64,000 bases of DNA from a virus. Each line of letters begins with the position of its first letter. Within the stretch, counting starts at the first letter, position 1. This document shows, piece by piece, positions 50,182 to 58,516 of the stretch. The notes beneath the pieces were generated by a model, which was given only the letters and a program-made list of their open reading frames with translations, was not told the DNA's origin and ran no database searches. The translations under genes and the position numbers were made by a program. The DNA is taken from positions 1 to 64,000 of IMG/VR virus record IMGVR_UViG_3300002143_000079. One strand, written 5' to 3'.

Positions 50182-52182
50182 TTAGAGTCTGGATGACATT
50201 ATTTCTTTAAAAGTAATCTTTTCATCCAATCCATGACCAAAGCCAGGTTCGTCACTACGCACACGATATTCTGGACTCATATTGGGTTCGGAGGTGTCTA
50301 TATCGTCGGTTGGATTTTCATATTCCTCTTCTTGGTTCATATTTGCAACGACTTTATCAACTACATCTTCGTCTCGGTAGAAAAGTAATTTATCTTGACC
50401 ATGTGGTGCGTTGTCGTAAACAACAACACCTTCTTTACTATCTTTAATACACCAACCACGTAGATATGGAATTTTATAGAATCGTGACTCTTGCAATGAA
50501 GATGTTTCACCAGAATTATCCGGTTGTTTTTGAAACGATGGATAAGCGTGTGGTAAATCTTGTAATGTCATGCCTTCGGGAAGTTGTATATTGAATCGCA
50601 ATACTGGTGTGCCACCCATTTTACTAGTGTCCACCTTTTGCCAGTTGTTATCCAACAATTGAACATTGGCTCGTTTCAATTCTTTGACGACATCATTGGC
50701 CATTCCCCGCCAATATTTTGGATCCAAACCCCCAAGATAAAGATTAATGGTTCCTTTTTGTTTAAATGCGTCACTACCATCGGGAGATAACATTTGAGCT
50801 CCACGGGAACTACGATACTTGGAAAATTCTTCGTCACTTAATGTTTTACGCAAGTTAACAAATACCACGTCGTCAATTTCGTGGATTATATCTAAAATGC
50901 CTGCGGAATCTTGTGGTTGACTATAATCTTCACTTTCGTTTAAGTTTGTTTTCATATAATTTTCTAATTCAAATAATAAGGACTCGGCCGTGATTTCATT
51001 TTTACCATGCTTGTCTCTAATAGTTTGTAACATACTCTTGGGATTAACACCCATTGATTTTAACTTACGTAAAATACTAATTACACTCGTACCGTATTTA
51101 CTCAACTTGGTTTCCAACTCACGATACAACTCGACGGCTGGAATATACACTTCATTGTCTTCATCTTCCAATTTATCAATGGTTTGAATAATTACCTTTG
51201 AAATATCTCTCTCACCGGATAGATAAGCTGAGCGTAAGGCTTCAATAGCCACGTCTAAATTTTTGATTTTGAGTTTATAACTGTTTTCTTCACCTTTGGT
51301 CCACGTCGCACCTTTGACATGAGACTCAGCCTCGGCTTCAGCTCTTTCACGACGGAGTTCGGTTAATTTATCCAAAATCTCATTCTTGACAACGGCATCG
51401 ACTTTAGGTTTTGGTTCCGGTTTCTTATCCCCATAAACTTCGAGGTAAGGTATAAATTCCATATCTTTCTTCGTAACGTCTCTATTAGGCACCTCAAAGA
51501 ATACTTTATTAACATCCAGACCAGCCAGTTTTACCACTCGTTGATATAACTCCTGTTCTCGTGTCAAACCAACATACGTAATATACCACGCCGTAAAATA
51601 ATAATTACCATCAACCAAGAAAACTCTAAAACGTGTATATGATTTGTCAAAACCACCATAACGACTCTCCATTACCGCTTCCAGACCACTATGACCTTTA
51701 GCTGAGTAATCATCCCCAATAAAATCCTCCAAATAATCATTTAATATATCCCTCAAGACGTTATCCTGCTCACGATCGCCAGAATATGCAATAACCTTTT
51801 TATTAACCGCACTATAACCAACAATAGTCATTTTACCACCCAATAACTTGTTTGCAAAATTAAAGCCAGTAACCACATTGTTTTTACTGATATAATAATA
51901 ACTATTTTCCCCTACCTTGATGCTATCGGGACTTTCATTAATAAACATCTTTTCACTTTTCTCTCGTCTCTCCAGTTCATTCAATAAACCACCATGTTCC
52001 TGTGAGAGTTGTCTAATCATATCATGTAACATACCCATATCATGAACGACTTCTAATCCCCTAATGGCATTACCCGTTACATTATAGCCAGACCCATATT
52101 GCCGACTATAAACATTGACAAAAGTACCATCTTGAAATTTATGAGAACTGATTGGTCGATTTTTTTTAGTGAAAAGAGACAT
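50182..52182 (-). CDS. Large modular hypothetical protein, possibly head-internal
   Basis: TATTTATA upstream; modules bounded by INES/LNES/LQES. Confidence 0.55.
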   Translation of the reverse strand: MSLFTKKNRPISSHKFQDGTFVNVYSRQYGSGYNVTGNAIRGLEVVHDMGMLHDMIRQLSQEHGGLLNELERREKSEKMFINESPDSIKVGENSYYYISKNNVVTGFNFANKLLGGKMTIVGYSAVNKKVIAYSGDREQDNVLRDILNDYLEDFIGDDYSAKGHSGLEAVMESRYGGFDKSYTRFRVFLVDGNYYFTAWYITYVGLTREQELYQRVVKLAGLDVNKVFFEVPNRDVTKKDMEFIPYLEVYGDKKPEPKPKVDAVVKNEILDKLTELRRERAEAEAESHVKGATWTKGEENSYKLKIKNLDVAIEALRSAYLSGERDISKVIIQTIDKLEDEDNEVYIPAVELYRELETKLSKYGTSVISILRKLKSMGVNPKSMLQTIRDKHGKNEITAESLLFELENYMKTNLNESEDYSQPQDSAGILDIIHEIDDVVFVNLRKTLSDEEFSKYRSSRGAQMLSPDGSDAFKQKGTINLYLGGLDPKYWRGMANDVVKELKRANVQLLDNNWQKVDTSKMGGTPVLRFNIQLPEGMTLQDLPHAYPSFQKQPDNSGETSSLQESRFYKIPYLRGWCIKDSKEGVVVYDNAPHGQDKLLFYRDEDVVDKVVANMNQEEEYENPTDDIDTSEPNMSPEYRVRSDEPGFGHGLDEKITFKEIMSSRL

Positions 52183-52217
52183 ATATGATGTTTATAAATA
52201 GAGTTTTACCTCCAAAA

Positions 52218-52460
52218 CACCCCAAGAAAAAAATTGCCCCCGTGTTTTTTTGAAAAAGAAGGTCAATTAGTCAAAAAGATGGATAGGAAAACGCTATAAT
52301 TGCAAGAAAAGTGCCCCACAATAAAATAATTGTATATAGGAAGGCTAGAAAACGCTATAATTGCAAGAAAAGTGCCCCAGAGAAAAAAATGCCGTGTGTT
52401 TGCCTATAAAAACAGTGTTATCGGGACAAAAAGGCCCCAAAGAAAAAAATGCCGTGTGTG
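52218..52460. repeat. Degenerate ~60-bp tandem repeats with A-tracts
   Basis: 32-bp identity at 52287-52318/52348-52379; AGAAAAAAATGCCGTGTGT at 52381 and 52441. Confidence 0.85.
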
Positions 52461-52598
52461 TGGCGCCGACATGGCGTCAATAGAGGGGTCGGGCCCCCCC
52501 CTATCCAGAAGTGGTACCTCCCCACTTTAAGACACCCTCTCCCCCCCATATGGTGGGGAGGGTTAACCCTGTTGACATCCCCCTCCCCATCCCTCACC

Positions 52599-52778
52599 TT
52601 ACCCCTCTACCTTCTCCATCTTTACTTCTTTGCCACCGGCCTCCTTGATGGCTTGGGCCAGTTGACAATCGGTGACGTGGCCATACTTCATACCATTGCC
52701 ACATATTGGGCATTGAGTCATTGACTCACCACGGATACTCCACTCAACTCGTAGCAACACATTAAGGATGTTTGTCAT
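52599..52778 (-). CDS. 59-aa Zn-finger-like protein, not in the ORF track
   Basis: CPICG....GH..DC; leaderless promoter TTGACA-N16-TACAGT-6nt-ATG. Confidence 0.6.
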   Translation of the reverse strand: MTNILNVLLRVEWSIRGESMTQCPICGNGMKYGHVTDCQLAQAIKEAGGKEVKMEKVEG

Positions 52779-52945
52779 GGTGTTACTGTATATTAAACCC
52801 GTTGAATGTCAATGGATTATATTAACTATTTACAACCTAACATCCATAGACATAGGGAGCAAACTCACCAGCTTCGGTATAGGTATGTTGTTCATGATAT
52901 AGGTTGTTACAATACTAGCAATTTATAGAAAGTCAACGGTTATTT

Positions 52946-53185
52946 TTACTTGCTTCGTTTTGCGAGATATTCAGCCATATCCATTGTAGTCCAATAACCA
53001 CCACCGGTTGGACCTACAAAAGCCCGTAGAGCTTGCTTTTTTGTCACTTTGATACCAGCAGCACATATTGCCAACCACATATCACGGTGCATGTCAGCGA
53101 ATCCAACCACGGTGGAAAGGTTGTAGTGATAGGAGTTTATACACTTTAGAGCATTGAATGCTTTTTGGTATTTCGTAGCTTTCAT
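52946..53185 (-). CDS. Early hypothetical protein
   Basis: Own leaderless promoter. Confidence 0.65.
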   Translation of the reverse strand: MKATKYQKAFNALKCINSYHYNLSTVVGFADMHRDMWLAICAAGIKVTKKQALRAFVGPTGGGYWTTMDMAEYLAKRSK

Positions 53186-53215
53186 AGTGTTAGAATATCT
53201 GAGTATTATAGAAAG

Positions 53216-53394
53216 TCAAGGGGTTTCGTTAACTTCATCAACCTCCATCACCGTCACGTTTCCATAGTGACCCTGACGAAACATCTCCCATGCTTCTTGC
53301 CGGTCAAGAGCTTGAATGGGTGCGGGATAGGTAGGATACACTTCCCATCCTCATTTCTCACAGTCACAGTGGCGGTAAATGTCTTTGTTTTCAT
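53216..53394 (-). pseudogene. Frameshifted paralog of 55014..55199
   Basis: VTVRNEDG in one frame; YPAPIQALDRQEAWEMF..GHYGNVTV in the -1 frame. Confidence 0.7.
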
Positions 53395-53425
53395 AACTCA
53401 AACAATACCAACCATTTATAAAAAG

Positions 53426-53641
53426 TCAAGTGGTTTTCATAGTTTTTTTGAACTCGAAAATCTCCATTTTCAATTTCACTACCGATTTTGAATCATATTT
53501 GCAATATCCTTTGCTGCAATCCTCCAAATAATTATCCAACGAATTTTCCAATTTTTCCAGTTGTTTTTCGGGAGATACAATCGCCGATGGTGTTGGCTGG
53601 CTAACACAATCTGCACCGGGAATGTGTCGAATTTTATACAT
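53426..53641 (-). CDS. Early hypothetical protein
   Basis: Own promoter. Confidence 0.55.
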   Translation of the reverse strand: MYKIRHIPGADCVSQPTPSAIVSPEKQLEKLENSLDNYLEDCSKGYCKYDSKSVVKLKMEIFEFKKTMKTT

Positions 53642-53694
53642 AATTATTTTGATATGAAGACAATACTAGCAATTTATAGAAAGTCAACCAGTTT

Positions 53695-54030
53695 TTATAC
53701 ATCTTCTGCACAACCATGTGAACCACAACAAGGACGAGGATTGCTATGGGGATTCATTTCTTCATCAAACGCACAGGTTTTACTGGTATAAACGTGACAA
53801 CAATGACATTTGTCAGTTCCATCATCAGAATCAACGGTTTCTTTCACAATCGACTCAACCTCATAAACCTCATTGGCTGAAACGATGATAACCACTCCAG
53901 CATCAAACTCCTTACATGGTTCGGTCAAGATAACGTGATAGGAATGAGAGTGAACCTCTGTAACTATACCGATTCCTTCTACACGACCATCCAACCGAAA
54001 CATTACGATGTCATTGAAATTTGCTTTCAT
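53695..54030 (-). CDS. Early protein with a Cys/His-rich C-terminus (paralog A)
   Basis: Highly similar to 54258..54593; own promoter. Confidence 0.75.
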   Translation of the reverse strand: MKANFNDIVMFRLDGRVEGIGIVTEVHSHSYHVILTEPCKEFDAGVVIIVSANEVYEVESIVKETVDSDDGTDKCHCCHVYTSKTCAFDEEMNPHSNPRPCCGSHGCAEDV

Positions 54031-54257
54031 TAGTGATAATTTATCAGAGTTTTATAGAAAGTCAACCATTGATTTAATAATTCCAATAGTTTACATCTTC
54101 CCACGTCAATTCGTTGGTGATAGCCATATCCGCAGTTGGATGTTGTTTGTTGTCATTCAACTCCCACAACCTATCTTTGGCTCTTTCGAGTGAGGCTGAC
54201 ACGTCAACCACCTCACAGGTTGATAGAAGATAGACACAATATGGACGTCCATTCATG

Positions 54258-54593
54258 TTACACGTCCTCCGCACAACCATGAGAGCCACAACAAGGACGT
54301 GGATTACTGTAGGGATTCATTTCCACATCAAACGAACACACGTCGTCCGTGTGAACGGAACAACAGTGACACTTGTTCGTATCGTCGTCTGACGAACCTG
54401 TTTCTTCTACAACCGCAGAGACTTCATAAATCTCGTTAGCTGAAACAATGATGATCACACCTGCGTCAAACTCCTTACATGGTTCAGTCAAGAGAACGTG
54501 ATAGGAGTGTGAATGGACTTCCGTCACTATACCAATTCCTTCCACACTCCCATCCAACCGAAACATTACCACATCATTAAAGTTTGCTTTCAT
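54258..54593 (-). CDS. Early protein with a Cys/His-rich C-terminus (paralog B)
   Basis: Highly similar to 53695..54030; own promoter. Confidence 0.75.
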   Translation of the reverse strand: MKANFNDVVMFRLDGSVEGIGIVTEVHSHSYHVLLTEPCKEFDAGVIIIVSANEIYEVSAVVEETGSSDDDTNKCHCCSVHTDDVCSFDVEMNPYSNPRPCCGSHGCAEDV

Positions 54594-54630
54594 GGGAAAA
54601 CTCTACGTTAAATTTATAGAAAGTCAACCA

Positions 54631-54996
54631 TTACTTGAGACTTTTCAACTCAGCCAAGAGACTTTCCAAATTTTCTTTACCCGACTCGATTTGTGCAATA
54701 AGTTTCCCTCGCTTTTGGTGAGTGGCTTTCAACGTGGTGAATTCAACTCCCAAGTCAATCGACGATTCATTTGTCAATGCAAACACTTGCGCGGGCCAAT
54801 ACCATTCCTCTCCACGAATAGAGATACCCGAAGAATTGATAGCTTGAATAACAAAAACAGTCTTGTTCTTCTTATGTTTTCTTGCCAAGGTTGACATATC
54901 CGCGTTGATAGAGTTATCAAACCCATCAAAGTATTCGTTCTTCTTGGGAACCCTAGTAAATACGACTTCATCTCCGACTTTTAGTTTTTTATTCAT
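54631..54996 (-). CDS. Early hypothetical protein (SH3-like N-terminus + coiled coil)
   Basis: LKVGDEV; downstream of 55014 ORF. Confidence 0.6.
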   Translation of the reverse strand: MNKKLKVGDEVVFTRVPKKNEYFDGFDNSINADMSTLARKHKKNKTVFVIQAINSSGISIRGEEWYWPAQVFALTNESSIDLGVEFTTLKATHQKRGKLIAQIESGKENLESLLAELKSLK

Positions 54997-55013
54997 AAAT
55001 CTAATTGAAAGTA

Positions 55014-55199
55014 TTAACCGTGAACTTCGACATTCAAAACCGTCACGTTACCGTAGAACTGACCGTAGTAGAAGATTTCCCACGCTTCCTGACGACTACG
55101 AGCTTCAACCGGTGCGGGGTGATTCACATGCATCACACCATCTTCATCACGAACGGTAACATCTGCGCGGTAGAATTCAGTGTCGTATTGTTTAGTCAT
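55014..55199 (-). CDS. Early hypothetical protein (start MTKQYD)
   Basis: Promoter places the start at 55199. Confidence 0.65.
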   Translation of the reverse strand: MTKQYDTEFYRADVTVRDEDGVMHVNHPAPVEARSRQEAWEIFYYGQFYGNVTVLNVEVHG

Positions 55200-55263
55200 G
55201 TGAATGAACTCTACTTGGTTATTATAAAATGTCAACGATTACTTGAACATTATTAATATTCAT

Positions 55264-55590
55264 TTAATTATTCACCAATGCGTGAACTCGGCACGAGTTG
55301 CATACGTGACCATCATTCTCTGGCTCCGGGCGACAGTCACATTGACCTTCACCGAACTGATCTTCCCAATCACTCAACAGACCTGCGGCGGCCTTTCTCA
55401 AGTCAGCCAGTTCCTTTTCCATGCGGTTGTAGTCAATCACCGTCTCGACAATACGAATGCCTTGCAACAGGTTACGTTTGTATGCGAGGGTTTCTGAGGT
55501 TGCGAAGATAACACCCTCGGCCTTCTTCAACTCACTCTGCAGTTGAGTCAAGACTTCTTCATTGGTTACGCCTTCGGAGATGATACACAT
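55264..55590 (-). CDS. Early hypothetical protein (start MCIISE)
   Basis: Leaderless promoter; CDC...C..C. Confidence 0.6.
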   Translation of the reverse strand: MCIISEGVTNEEVLTQLQSELKKAEGVIFATSETLAYKRNLLQGIRIVETVIDYNRMEKELADLRKAAAGLLSDWEDQFGEGQCDCRPEPENDGHVCNSCRVHALVNN

Positions 55591-55632
55591 ATGAGTCACG
55601 ATACCAAGGGTTTATAAAAAGTCAACAACCTT

Positions 55633-55980
55633 TTAACCTGAAATTTCCTGACACTCGGATATATCAAACTCCCTTGATGGCTTCTCTCCACCACACAACG
55701 TAAGAGTCAAATCCGAACTGTAATACCCGTTGTTAGAACCATAACCGGGAACCGCAACCGGATGACCATTGACGGGCTTCAATCGAATGCCGTAACCATC
55801 CACCTTTTCAAAGAAGTCGCCGTCAAGGTCAAACTCCATCCCCACGAAATCCGCAATGGTCAGATGTTCAAATGACAACCAGTGATGTTCACAACAATCT
55901 TGTCGGTGTTCAGAATAAAGAGATTGCCCATTGCTAAAACGAATGGAATCGTTGGAAACTTGTGATACAGTTACGTTCAT
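55633..55980 (-). CDS. Early phage protein (start MNVTVS)
   Basis: H.QDCCE and GSNNGYYS motifs; leaderless promoter. Confidence 0.7.
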   Translation of the reverse strand: MNVTVSQVSNDSIRFSNGQSLYSEHRQDCCEHHWLSFEHLTIADFVGMEFDLDGDFFEKVDGYGIRLKPVNGHPVAVPGYGSNNGYYSSDLTLTLCGGEKPSREFDISECQEISG

Positions 55981-56019
55981 ATGTGAGATATTATCGTAGG
56001 ATTTATAGGAAGTCAACAA

Positions 56020-56223
56020 TTATTCGTCACAATAGTCATCCGCCTCGTTTGCGTTGTAATCGGCCAAGTCATCCATTCCCGAACCATCACCCGACCATCC
56101 ACCACCATCATACGGTTCTTCGTCAATCTCCGTTCGTTCTTCGTAAGCCGATTCCAAGTGACTATCTTCAAAACCAAAGTCAGATTCTTCGGATTCGGTG
56201 GTAAGTTCAATTTCGTCGTTCAT
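56020..56223 (-). CDS. Extremely acidic early protein
   Basis: 26 D/E versus 1 R in 67 aa; own promoter. Confidence 0.65.
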   Translation of the reverse strand: MNDEIELTTESEESDFGFEDSHLESAYEERTEIDEEPYDGGGWSGDGSGMDDLADYNANEADDYCDE

Positions 56224-56262
56224 ATTGAAAATAGATTACCAAACATTTATAAAAAGTCAATA

Positions 56263-56418
56263 CCAAGATTTGCTAGGGTTTTCTCCCTATCATTTCATTA
56301 CCACTCGTCTTGGATTTCAACGAGTAGTCCCTGCTCACGTTCGGCGTTACTCCCTCACTAACAGGGTGATGGGAGTTTCCGTTCAGTTAGGACCGTCACG
56401 AGCGTTTCTTAGTTTCAT
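56263..56418 (-). ncRNA. Structured RNA element, copy 1, with leader ORF MKLRNARDGPN* (56418-56383)
   Basis: Three stems and a pseudoknot that covary with copy 2; dedicated promoter at 56452. Confidence 0.8.
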
Positions 56419-56455
56419 ATAATTAATTTACCAGTTATTATACAATTGTCAACAA

Positions 56456-56878
56456 TTAAGAAACCCTCTGAATACTTTTAACCGTCAGAGTTTTGTAGTT
56501 GATACCAGAAAGAATATCACCCAAATTTTGCAGCGGAATATCGCCGTCTTCACACTCCACGGAAATGGTGTATCTCACCTTGACGTTTTCTTTAACCATC
56601 GCATCAAGTTCTTTCTCGGTGAGAATTTTCCAGTCACCGGTCTTGGTGAACTTGCCAATTGTATGCAAGTCATGACCTGCAAATTGATTGATATGCACTG
56701 AACCATCCTTGTCCACTCGATGCCAATCAAAACCGCCGAGCTTGGGTGCGGCCAAAAGTGCGAGAAAGCCAGCACTATCGAAACCAACGTGTTTTCCAGT
56801 TTCATTAAACGAGTTTCGGTAACTGTTGGTGTTGACAACGATGATTGTTCCCTCGGTGATATATTGTTTGTGATTCAT
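56456..56878 (-). CDS. Early hypothetical protein
   Basis: Own leaderless promoter. Confidence 0.65.
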   Translation of the reverse strand: MNHKQYITEGTIIVVNTNSYRNSFNETGKHVGFDSAGFLALLAAPKLGGFDWHRVDKDGSVHINQFAGHDLHTIGKFTKTGDWKILTEKELDAMVKENVKVRYTISVECEDGDIPLQNLGDILSGINYKTLTVKSIQRVS

Positions 56879-56909
56879 ATTTGAGATAATATAGAAGTTT
56901 TTTAGAAAG

Positions 56910-57059
56910 TCAACAGTTTACAGAGCCAACATTGTCCACCAACTCAATTTTCCGATTCAATCGTTCATCTGGTGGAAGTTGCCAGAAGGGTAAACTCCAA
57001 TCCTCACGGAGTTTGAAAATGGCCTCGTTCAACGTGTCAAATTTCTCTTTGTTTGTCAT
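56910..57059 (-). CDS. 49-aa early protein (MTNKEKFDTL...), not in the ORF track
   Basis: TTGACA-N16-TAATAT-7nt-ATG. Confidence 0.55.
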   Translation of the reverse strand: MTNKEKFDTLNEAIFKLREDWSLPFWQLPPDERLNRKIELVDNVGSVNC

Positions 57060-57097
57060 GTGAGTGATATTATGTTAATTTTATAAAATGTCAACCA

Positions 57098-57628
57098 CTA
57101 TTGGTAGAGATAGTTTGTTTTTTTCGGTGGATTACCAATCACCGATTTGCATGTCCGACAGGTATAAATTACACCTTTTTCAATTTTGTTCTTGATTTTC
57201 GCCGTGACTTTGATGTGTCCAACACCACACCTACAATCCAACGCAAATTTCTTGAAAATCCGTTTCTTAACCGATGTAGTGTCGTAGGAATGACAACGGC
57301 CAATATCCGCAACTTCCAGATTACGCATCACACTCCGCCATTCAGGACCATGACCTTGTTTTGCGAAAGGATACACCTGAAAACAAACGAGGTGTGCGAC
57401 TTCGTGAGGAACCGTCCGGTTAAGAAAAGTTTCAATGTTCTGTGAATAAAGTGTGGGAGAGAAAGCCACTTTGTTACCGTAACGAAACGCCTTTCCCGCG
57501 ATGTTTCCCATATCACCAAACTCTATCGTGGGAATATCAAATACACGATTATATCGTTTTTGAGCCAGTAACAGGGTTTCGACTATTTTGTTTTCCAAAC
57601 GAGTGATAAGGTCTTTGGTCAAGTTCAT
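57098..57628 (-). CDS. SprT-like zinc metalloprotease
   Basis: AG.A, TVPHEVAHL, HG.EW..VM, C.C...Y.C..C. Confidence 0.88.
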   Translation of the reverse strand: MNLTKDLITRLENKIVETLLLAQKRYNRVFDIPTIEFGDMGNIAGKAFRYGNKVAFSPTLYSQNIETFLNRTVPHEVAHLVCFQVYPFAKQGHGPEWRSVMRNLEVADIGRCHSYDTTSVKKRIFKKFALDCRCGVGHIKVTAKIKNKIEKGVIYTCRTCKSVIGNPPKKTNYLYQ

Positions 57629-57681
57629 GACCAAAGACTATACCAGTTTTATAAAATGTCAACGATCTCGTTTATTTATTT

Positions 57682-58092
57682 TTAGTTTCCACCCATGTAT
57701 TGACCGAACTCATACACACTCATGGTTTCTGCTTGTTGGACCTTGCCTGGCTCAAGCCAGACAGTAATACAAAGCATGGCTCCATCTGTCTTGCCTGCCC
57801 AGATAAACGGATTGGGCACGTTTTCGAGATTCTTGCCTTGAAATTTGCTCTTCACAAAACGTCCACCACCACCCCATTGCAAAAAACCGGGTAGGTCAAC
57901 ACCGTGCATAATCACGTCTTGCAATGTTCCTTCAAACGTGCCCAATCGTGGTTCGTAGTGATGACCACCCATATCACAGTTTGGATCCTCACCCAAAACT
58001 TCCCATACATCGTATTCATTCAGACCATGATTTTCCAAGAGAGATTTGCCGGAGTAGGTGTTTTCGAGATACCTTTTATAGTTTGGAGTCAT
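57682..58092 (-). CDS. Early hypothetical protein
   Basis: GEDPNCD.GG.H..P.LG..EG; own promoter. Confidence 0.65.
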   Translation of the reverse strand: MTPNYKRYLENTYSGKSLLENHGLNEYDVWEVLGEDPNCDMGGHHYEPRLGTFEGTLQDVIMHGVDLPGFLQWGGGGRFVKSKFQGKNLENVPNPFIWAGKTDGAMLCITVWLEPGKVQQAETMSVYEFGQYMGGN

Positions 58093-58225
58093 AAGTTATT
58101 GACTAGATATTATACCAATATCATTTGTAGTCAATCAGAAACAGCAAACCTTTGCTATATTTTCTGATTTGGTTATCGGATGGATTGTCGGCCAGATTGC
58201 TGACTATCTTGACACCGTTGAATTG

Positions 58226-58405
58226 TCAAGGAATATACCAAACGGGAGCACCAATATTTGTATCATATTCCCCAACCACGGCTGATGTAGCATGACCTTG
58301 TTCTTTCAACTTCGCAACCCACTTCTCAACACGTTCTTTGGTAACGTGTTTGTCAAAGTAAATCAGTGCAGCGACTTCGGTGATGTTGATGGATGATTTA
58401 GGCAT
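58226..58405 (-). CDS. 59-aa hypothetical protein downstream of the hammerhead, not in the ORF track
   Basis: MPKSSINITEVAALIYFD...PVWYIP. Confidence 0.6.
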   Translation of the reverse strand: MPKSSINITEVAALIYFDKHVTKERVEKWVAKLKEQGHATSAVVGEYDTNIGAPVWYIP

Positions 58406-58458
58406 AATTTTGTTTTGTGCTGTGTTGAGGTTCTGCGAACTGCGGCTTTGGTGCCACT

Positions 58459-58513
58459 CGACTCGTCAGTGCTGGAGAAACCAGCAGACGCGGGAGAATC
58501 CCGCGTTTCGTCG
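58459..58513 (-). ncRNA. Type II hammerhead ribozyme
   Basis: CGAC-GAAAC-GCGGGA/UCCCGC-GUC^-UGCUGG/CCAGCA-CUGACGA-GUCG; full catalytic core; cleavage between 58487 and 58486. Confidence 0.93.
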
Positions 58514-58516
58514 TTC

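Noticed and set aside
6424-52200. TATAAATA as T4-orientation late promoters driving plus-strand transcription
   Set aside because: No plus-strand genes follow; the motif is consistently positioned relative to minus-strand start codons
52330-52724. Plus-strand ORFs across the repeat/G-run junction
   Set aside because: Translations only mirror the DNA repeats and low complexity
56263-56330. 3' half of the duplicated RNA as an HDV-like/theta ribozyme (hairpin, GCAAA, pairing strand)
   Set aside because: No room for P3/L3/P1.1 and no pyrimidine-rich L3; resemblance to ZTP or c-di-GMP riboswitch motifs is also only partial
56290-56382. Stop-codon readthrough product after RDGPN
   Set aside because: Copy 1 has several further in-frame stops, and the internal indels between copies are not multiples of three
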